The notes under the pieces: model-generated | Database searches by the model: none | The model's input: only the letters and a program-made list of their open reading frames with translations | What the model was told of the DNA's origin: nothing | Shown: positions 57,356 to 64,000 of the stretch, one piece after another | Position numbering within the stretch: position 1 is the first letter of the stretch | How the letters are laid out: each line of letters begins with the position of its first letter | DNA from: Eledone cirrhosa | Taxonomy: Eukaryota | NCBI GenBank assembly: GCA_964016885.1 | Contig: OZ024753.1 | Span: 12,524,001-12,588,000, forward strand | Length of the DNA: 64,000 bases | Direction of reading: 5' to 3' | Position numbers and translations under genes: made by a program

Positions 57356-60300
57356 AAACAATACAACAAAAACACAAACAACAATACGCATACGTCAACA
57401 CAAACAACAAGAGTTTGATGGAGGTCATCTCCCAAAACCCCAAGGTGGAGACGGAGGGCAAAACTTTCGTCAAGGCAGAATCGTCTCCACACCTTAAACT
57501 TATAAGGGTTTCTATGGAAACCTATAAAGACCTGGAAATTAAATTTTCACAGGACGTGGGCAACCCCTGCCACAAACCCATCAACCGCGTCCTGTTGAAA
57601 GGTTTCCCCACCCCACCCAACACCCCATCCAGCACCCAAATGGAGATTGAACAACCCGATCTCCAGGAAACGAAAAGGTAAGTGCACCTTTCGTCCTTTT
57701 TCTCCAACTTTTCTTCACCAACATGGCTGGTTTTCGAGTTGGAACCGTGAATGTGCGTGGCCTAGGGATGCCCTGGAAACAGGGCCAACTTTTAAACGAC
57801 CTTAGGTCACACAGTATGGATGTGATAGCCATCACCGAGTCCAGAATCCACAACAGGCAGCAACTAACCCCCATCTTCGACGACTTTGAGATATACGCAT
57901 CTCTCTGTCAGCCAGGAGGTGGAGGTGGAGTGGCTGTTATGTTTCGGAAGAACCTGGACGTCGGAGTACAGCAAGTACTCTTGGACCCGGAGGGTAGACT
58001 GGTAGTCCTAGACGTGAACAGTATCGGAGGTGGAGCCTTCAGACTGGTGGCCGTTTATGCCCCGACCGGGCAATCGCAATCACGGCCAGACTTCTTTAAG
58101 CGTCTAGAGTCTTTTCTGGGAACGTCTCGCTCCTTACTTTTAGTGGGGGACTGGAATGGTATCCTAGATGCACGATGGGACTATGTGGGAGCATGTCCCA
58201 GTAGAGCGGGGTGCAACAGCCTCAAAACTTTAATCGGCCAATTCCAACTGGCCGATAGGTATCGACTGGATTTCCCGACTGCACCACAGTGGACGTGGGT
58301 AAACCGCAGTGGGACATCTAGATCGTATTTAGATAGGTTCTTCATTAGAGAAAGGGACAAGGATATGTTAAGCTGTCCACGAATGCACATGGTTGCCTAT
58401 TCAGATTACAAGTTAGTCGTCTGCTTAGTCAACCGTGATAGAATACATAGACAGGGTCCCGGATACTGGAAGCTGAACGTGTCGTTGCCGGCACGTAAAG
58501 CTTACAGTGAACGGATAAGTAAACTAGTCAAGCAACAGTTAACGGGAGCCATCGTCAACAATAGATGGTGGTACTCTCTCAAGAAAGCAATTAGAATAGA
58601 ATCGATAGGGTATAGCAGAGAGTTAGCCTTAGAGAAAAACAGAATAGAAAGAGAACTAGTAGCCAAGGTAGAGGAGGCACTTAGAAGTGGCAACGCGGCT
58701 AGAGTGTTAGCGTCGAGAACGGCACTGGACCAGTTCTTCGATGCGAAACACGAAGGCTGCGGGGTCAGAAGCAAAACACGTGCTCTAGGAAACGAAGGAG
58801 CGAAAGCTGTCAGCTGGGCCCGAGTGGCGGAGGCAAAAAGTGGCAACAAGTCCACGATTCGGTCTTTGAAAGACCAAAACGGACGCGTGCTACTTGACCC
58901 CAAGCAGATGTGCGCGGCCTTTCAGTGGCACTTTGCGCGACTGTTTGAGCAGAACGACGGTGAGCCGAACGGGGCAATGGACTTTAGTTCATACCTCGAC
59001 GGCCTGCCGCGTCTCTCGAACACGAACGCCGAGTTCTGCGAAAGACCGATCACGGACACTGAGATACGGGACGCTCTGGGCCGCTGCGGGAAACGCAAGT
59101 CACCCGGTCTAGATGGTCTACCCTAGGAATTTTACATAGGCATGCCGGACTTGTTCTCTGGCGTCCTCGAAGCCGTCTACTGCAATTGGCAGCAGAACAG
59201 GAGAATTCCCAGTTCTGCAGGCAAGGGCGTAGTGACGCTGATCAGGAAAGACGAGAACAAGGGGGACGAAATTAACAACTTCAGGCCCATAACTCTGCTC
59301 AACACAGAGTTAAAGATTTTGGCCAAGGTGCTAGCGACGAGGTTGGCGCTTGTCGTCGAGAACCTGGTAGGGAAAGCGCAAACGTGTGCAATCCCGACCA
59401 GGTCCATACACGACAACCTCCACCTCATGCGATACATCATAGAGAGGGTGGGTAGTAAACCCGGCTTCGGTGGGGCTCTGATCAACTTGGATCAGTCTAA
59501 GGCATTCGATAGGGTCGACCATCGATACTTGGAAGCGGTTCTCAAGGCGGCCGGTTTCGGTCCCGTGTTCAGAGGATGGATCGAGGCGATGCACACCAGC
59601 ATCTGCTCGAGGGTCAAGGTGAACGGCTACCTATCGGAGCCGTTCGCAATCACGGGTTCCATTCGACAGGGATGCCCTCTCTCCTCCATTCTGTATGTAT
59701 TGACTCTAGAGCCACTACTGCGGAAATTGGAGCTGTTGCAGGGCATCCCCCTAGAACCGGGACTGCGCAAAGCGGCGTTGGCTTATGCTGACGACGTGAC
59801 AGTAATGGTGTCGAGCACCTCGGAAATCGGGGTGATCGGCAACATACTGAAAGAATACGAAACGCTGACGGGAGCAAAACTAAACCCAGACAAGTCTGTC
59901 GGTTTGCAACTCGGTACGTGGAGAGGCAAACCGATGACATCCGACAGCGTCGTTGGACGCTGGACGGATGGACCGGTGAAATTGCTCGGGGTCTGGTTCG
60001 GTCCAGACCTCCAGGTGGAGAAAAACTGGAACGAGGTCACGGCCAAGGTGTTTGCACTCACTCAGAAGTGGGCAGAGTGCAAACTGTCCTTGAAAGGTCG
60101 AGCGGAGGTGGCGAACACTTTCATAGCGTCCGTCATCTACTACCGCTTGACTGTCGTGCCTTGTCCCCGTGAACACCTCGCCAAGATGGAACGCATGCTC
60201 TTCCAGTTTCTGTGGAAGAAGCAGGCTCCGCTGGTGAGGAGATCCGTCTGCTGTCAGCACCCTTCCAACGGAGGGCTGGGAATGCCGTGGCTGATGATGC

Positions 60301-61419
60301 GCAAACATGCGCTGAGGCTGCGGCATCTCCAGGTATTCCTCACCGACCCCCAACCGGTGTGGGCACCGTTTGTGAGACGGGCTTTCCCACAGCACGTCTC
60401 GCTAACGGAGCTGCAGTCCTGGGTGAAGAAAAGACCGAAAACGATGGGCGCCTGGCACATTGAATGCGCTCAGGCGCTCACAGTCCTCTGGCAAGCGGGC
60501 GCAGCAATCAGTGGAGACTCCACTTCGACATTCTATAGAGGGATTGTACGTTACAAGGGCGACGACGTGCTCGGAGAGTCTCTGGGCGTCGAAGACGATG
60601 AGCTCACCAGTATGTTTGGTAGGACTTTCCGCCCGGGACCTATGGACAACTTCCAGAAGTCCCTGGCCTGGCAGTGCTACCGAGGAGCTCTACCGGTTCG
60701 TGACAAGATCTACAGGCACGGACGCCCTGGCAGGGATCCTTCCAAGAGGACGTGTCCAAGATGTGCGCAGGACATTGAAACAGTTCTGCACGCAATTGTA
60801 CACTGCCCGGGCGTAAGCGACCTGTGGAACTATGCAGAACAACTGCTGTCGCGTATGGGACAAATACAGTTGACTGCCGAGTCCATAGTAAGGATCAAAC
60901 CGCCAGACTCTTTCAAAAACGAAAGAGAGGCGGTTTTCCTCTGTACGGTGGCTATGGTGAAAGAAGTTATATGGTGGACGAGGTTGAGAGGACTGAGGAC
61001 AGATGCCTTTCTCTCCGGACAACAATTGATTCCATTCTTTAAGTATCACTTTAGAAGGAGAATCAGGGTGGAGAGAGAGGCACTGCACCCCAGTAAATTT
61101 ACTGAAAGGTGGGTGAATGAAGCGAAAATGGCCCGAGTGATTGGGCCTTCTCTGTTTATAAGCCTGTAGGTTGAGGAAGAGAGCAAAAGGAAGAAAGGAG
61201 CACTTGCACAACACGCTCCTTGAGTTGAGGGTTGTTCTATCGACGGGGTATTAAACAACCCATTTGTGGCGCCTCCCCCCTATTGGGGATTTCGATTGTT
61301 GAAATTGTTTGTTTTTATATTTTTTTACACGACTGTATGTAAAATCCCCGGCATGTCTTTGTATTGTCCCCTTTCTTGTTGCGCCCTTGTGGCTAATAAA
61401 GAAATCTATCTATCTATCT
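57356..61419 (+). mobile_element. Tx1/L1-group non-LTR retrotransposon truncated within ORF1
   Basis: ORF1 C-terminus (to 57681), ORF2 57723-61169, 3' UTR with AATAAA at 61395 and (TCTA)n tail. Confidence 0.95.
57723..61169 (+). pseudogene. ORF2: APE endonuclease, reverse transcriptase and C-terminal Cys/His motif; one in-frame TAG at 59124-59126
   Basis: EN motifs VNVRGL, ITES, VYAP, VGDWN, YLDRFF, SDY; RT motifs PGLDGLP*EFY, FRPITLLN, LDQSKAFDRVDH, RQGCPLS, YADD; CPRC...HAIVHC; the two ORF-track ORFs share one frame. Confidence 0.93.
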
Positions 61420-61621
61420 TGATAGAGTAAGACACGCTTCACATCGGCTCCGCTATTCCATCGGGATTTACCCTTACTATTGTAAGTACCGGATAAATTT
61501 TTCAGTGCAACACATTTGGAACATTAACCCCTGTTATTTAGGGAAACATTTTTGCATTTACCCCCTTTTTAGGGGGTAAAATAAATATCTAATTTTGCCG
61601 AAAAATTTCGTTCTTGGCAGC

Positions 61622-63442
61622 ATGGCGGAAAAGATGGCAGACATATCTGCCATTAGCTCTGCCACGCCCCCCAAGTCTGAAGAACAAAAAATAATTACAA
61701 CAAAATTAGACAACGAAACAAACAAAGAAAATGAAAAAACAAATGTTAAGGAAAATGAGCAAACGGAAAACAAACAAACAGAACATAATACAAATAACAA
61801 CAGGGCAACTTTCGCCCAGAAAACAAAACAATCCATTACATACACACCAATTGACCTAACGGCCGCCAGAGAAAAACTGGCCGAAGCAAAGAAACACATT
61901 GTTTTGGGGGAAAATGGAATGTTTTCCATTAACTCCCCCCCCCCAGAATTCAAGAAAGCGAGAACAGAGAACACAGTTCTCTTCAGAACAATCCTAAACG
62001 AAACAAGAAAGCCAGCACAGCCCAGCCAAATGGAGATAGAGTTGGTCCTAAAAGACTATATGAAGAATATTCTCTTCATACGAAAGGACCGACTCTATGG
62101 CAGCATTTCGGTCCTAACAAAAGACAAGGAAACGGCGGAGAAGCTTTCCATAAGCCCACTCTCATCGACAACATACAGCTTCTATCCCTCCTACATGGGT
62201 AGAAGAACACAGAGAGTAAAAATACAAACAATGCTGCCCACAATGGACTTCTGGTGGGCTATTGCTGGCTTCATAGACATGGGCGAGGACACAGTGCTGT
62301 CAATGGGGAAGGCATCCGGAGATGCGTTCCTGGGAATGGGCCTCGACCTACTAGTCCAAATGAGGCCCGAAAGAATAGCACAAATCCCGGATCGCATCTG
62401 GCTGGATGAGCTCACCCCAATAGATATAATTGTAGAGGGGAGAAGACCAGCATGCTATTTATGCATGGAAAGGGGACACATTAAGGCTAACTGCCCGAAA
62501 CGTGTCCCCCAAAAAGGACTATTGCCCATACCCACCACAAACAGTACACCAACACCACCCACCTCCAAAAATACACTAATACCACACACAGCAAACAAAA
62601 TACAAACACCACCAAGCACATCACCACCACCAGCAGCAAACACAAGCTCGACACAAAAATCACCACCACCATCACCAACACAAACACCATCACCACCATT
62701 ACCAACCACAAGCACGACACAAACAGCACCACCACCACTACAAAACGCATTCCAAACAAATAATAAAAAAAACAGCAACAAATCTACCCCTCCCGCAAAA
62801 AAAAACCAGACACGACGTCCCTCCCACCTAGCGCTGAAGAGTTTCCCCCAACTTCTGAAGAAGAAGGAGGAGAAGCCTTCAGACAAGTTAAAAGAAAAAA
62901 AAGAAAGCACACACCCAGCACACCACAAATAACCCACACACAAACACCAACTCCAATAAAAAACACCCCACCCTCAACAAACAAAAATAAATCTGCGCCT
63001 CCCCTCTCCGAAACATTGACAGCATCACAAAAAAAGACATTGCAATACACATATATAAATAAAGAAAACAAAAAACTGTTTAAATTAATAAACAATAGCC
63101 CTTTGGTGCAGACCGAAGGGCCAAACTTTATCTCAACAGAGAACTTCACCCATTTAAAAATGATAAAGGTCCCTCTGGACCTTTATCGTTCCTTAAAAGA
63201 ACAATTTAGACAGGACGTGAGCCCCCCCCCCCTGTTTAAAACCGTTAAATCGGGTCCTCTTGAAAGATTTCCCCATAACCTCCCCTCTCCCTGACACAAC
63301 TCCAAACACCCCAACCCAACCACACTCGGGCACCCCCACACCACCACAAAACATCCCTCCACCCAACACACCTGACGCCATGGAAATTACACAACCCGGG
63401 GAGGTAAGTGCTTTTCTTTCTTCACTTTCAACACCAAAATAG
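61622..63442 (+). CDS. ORF1 (gag-like, CCHC zinc knuckle, Pro/Thr-rich), frameshifted near 62800 and 63280
   Basis: CYLCMERGHIKANC = CX2CX4HX4C; shifted frame reads EEEGGEAFRQVKRKKRK...LQYTYINKENKKLFKLINNSPLVQTEG, homologous to 57370-57681. Confidence 0.8.
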
Positions 63443-64000
63443 ATCAATTGAGAGTTGGCTGTTTGAACGCGCGTGTCCTGGGCTCAGCTTGGAAGCAAGC
63501 AAAGCTACTAAGTGACCTCAGGTCACGAAGTATAGATGTGATGGTTGTTTGCGAGAGTCGGATCAGCAGCGTGCGACAGCTGGCTCCCGCCTTCGATGAA
63601 TTTGAGATGCACGCATCTCTCTGTCAACCCGGAGGCGGGGGGGGGGGGGGGGTTGCCGTACTGCTGGATAAACGTCTGGCTCTCGACGTACAGATTGTTC
63701 ACTCGGACCCGGGGGGTCGAATACTGGTGCTGGACGTCGGAGGCGGTGAAGGCGGGGCTTTCAGACTGGTCGGTCTTTATGCCCCCTTCGGGGCTGAAAG
63801 AGCCGACTTCTTCCAGCGTCTGGAGACTTTTCTAGGAACGTCGCGTTCCCTGCTTTTAGTGGGGGACTGGAATGGAATCCTAGATGCGCGTTGGGACTAT
63901 GCAGGGGCATGTCCCGATAGAGGGGGGTGTAGCAGCCTCAAGGGGTTACTCGATCGATTCGACCTGGTCGATAGATTTCGACTAGATTGTCCAACTGCGC
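63439..64000 (+). CDS. ORF2 N-terminus (APE endonuclease), partial and open to the window end
   Basis: IDQLRVGCLNARVLG...VCESRI...GVAVLL...LYAP...LLVGDWNGILDARWDY; collinear with the 57723 ORF. Confidence 0.88.
   Translation, partial: MDQLRVGCLNARVLGSAWKQAKLLSDLRSRSIDVMVVCESRISSVRQLAPAFDEFEMHASLCQPGGGGGGGVAVLLDKRLALDVQIVHSDPGGRILVLDVGGGEGGAFRLVGLYAPFGAERADFFQRLETFLGTSRSLLLVGDWNGILDARWDYAGACPDRGGCSSLKGLLDRFDLVDRFRLDCPTA

Larger units (their letters stand above)
61420..64000 (+). mobile_element. Apparently 5'-complete Tx1-like LINE of another subfamily, running off the window
   Basis: ~200-bp 5' UTR, ORF1 and the start of ORF2; directly follows the (TCTA)n tail of the previous element. Confidence 0.92.

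Noticed and set aside
58181-63447. Antisense and alternate-frame ORFs over the LINEs
   Set aside because: Shadow ORFs of GC-richer coding sequence

Overview
Repeat-dominated, AT-rich animal genomic DNA. It is probably a cephalopod such as Octopus, inferred only from the tRNA-SINE family and the (TA)n load. No host protein-coding gene is recognisable, and almost all long ORFs in the track are translation artefacts of (TA)n/(TG)n repeats. The window contains: (i) a ~12 kb interrupted (TA)n array ending in a 200-N gap, and a 4.5 kb ~41-bp satellite; (ii) many copies of a tRNA-derived SINE plus remnants of Tc1/mariner, hAT and Helitron-like elements; (iii) a nested cluster of Tx1/L1-group LINEs (51.3-52.1 kb and 55.2-64 kb) whose copies end in AATAAA-GAAA-(TCTA)n and mostly begin straight after (TCTA)n, indicating microsatellite or self-tail targeting; (iv) a dozen or more type I hammerhead-ribozyme folds from at least six unrelated sequence families, found by manual folding. 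The hammerheads lie in short, often palindromic, non-coding cassettes in or beside (TA)n tracts, resembling Penelope-like pseudo-LTRs or retrozymes. Several share an unusual U.U pair closing stem II and a covarying downstream hairpin. One twin-ribozyme cassette is amplified three times at ~2.9 kb spacing inside the (TA)n array. All folds and alignments were done by eye; none was computed or tested.
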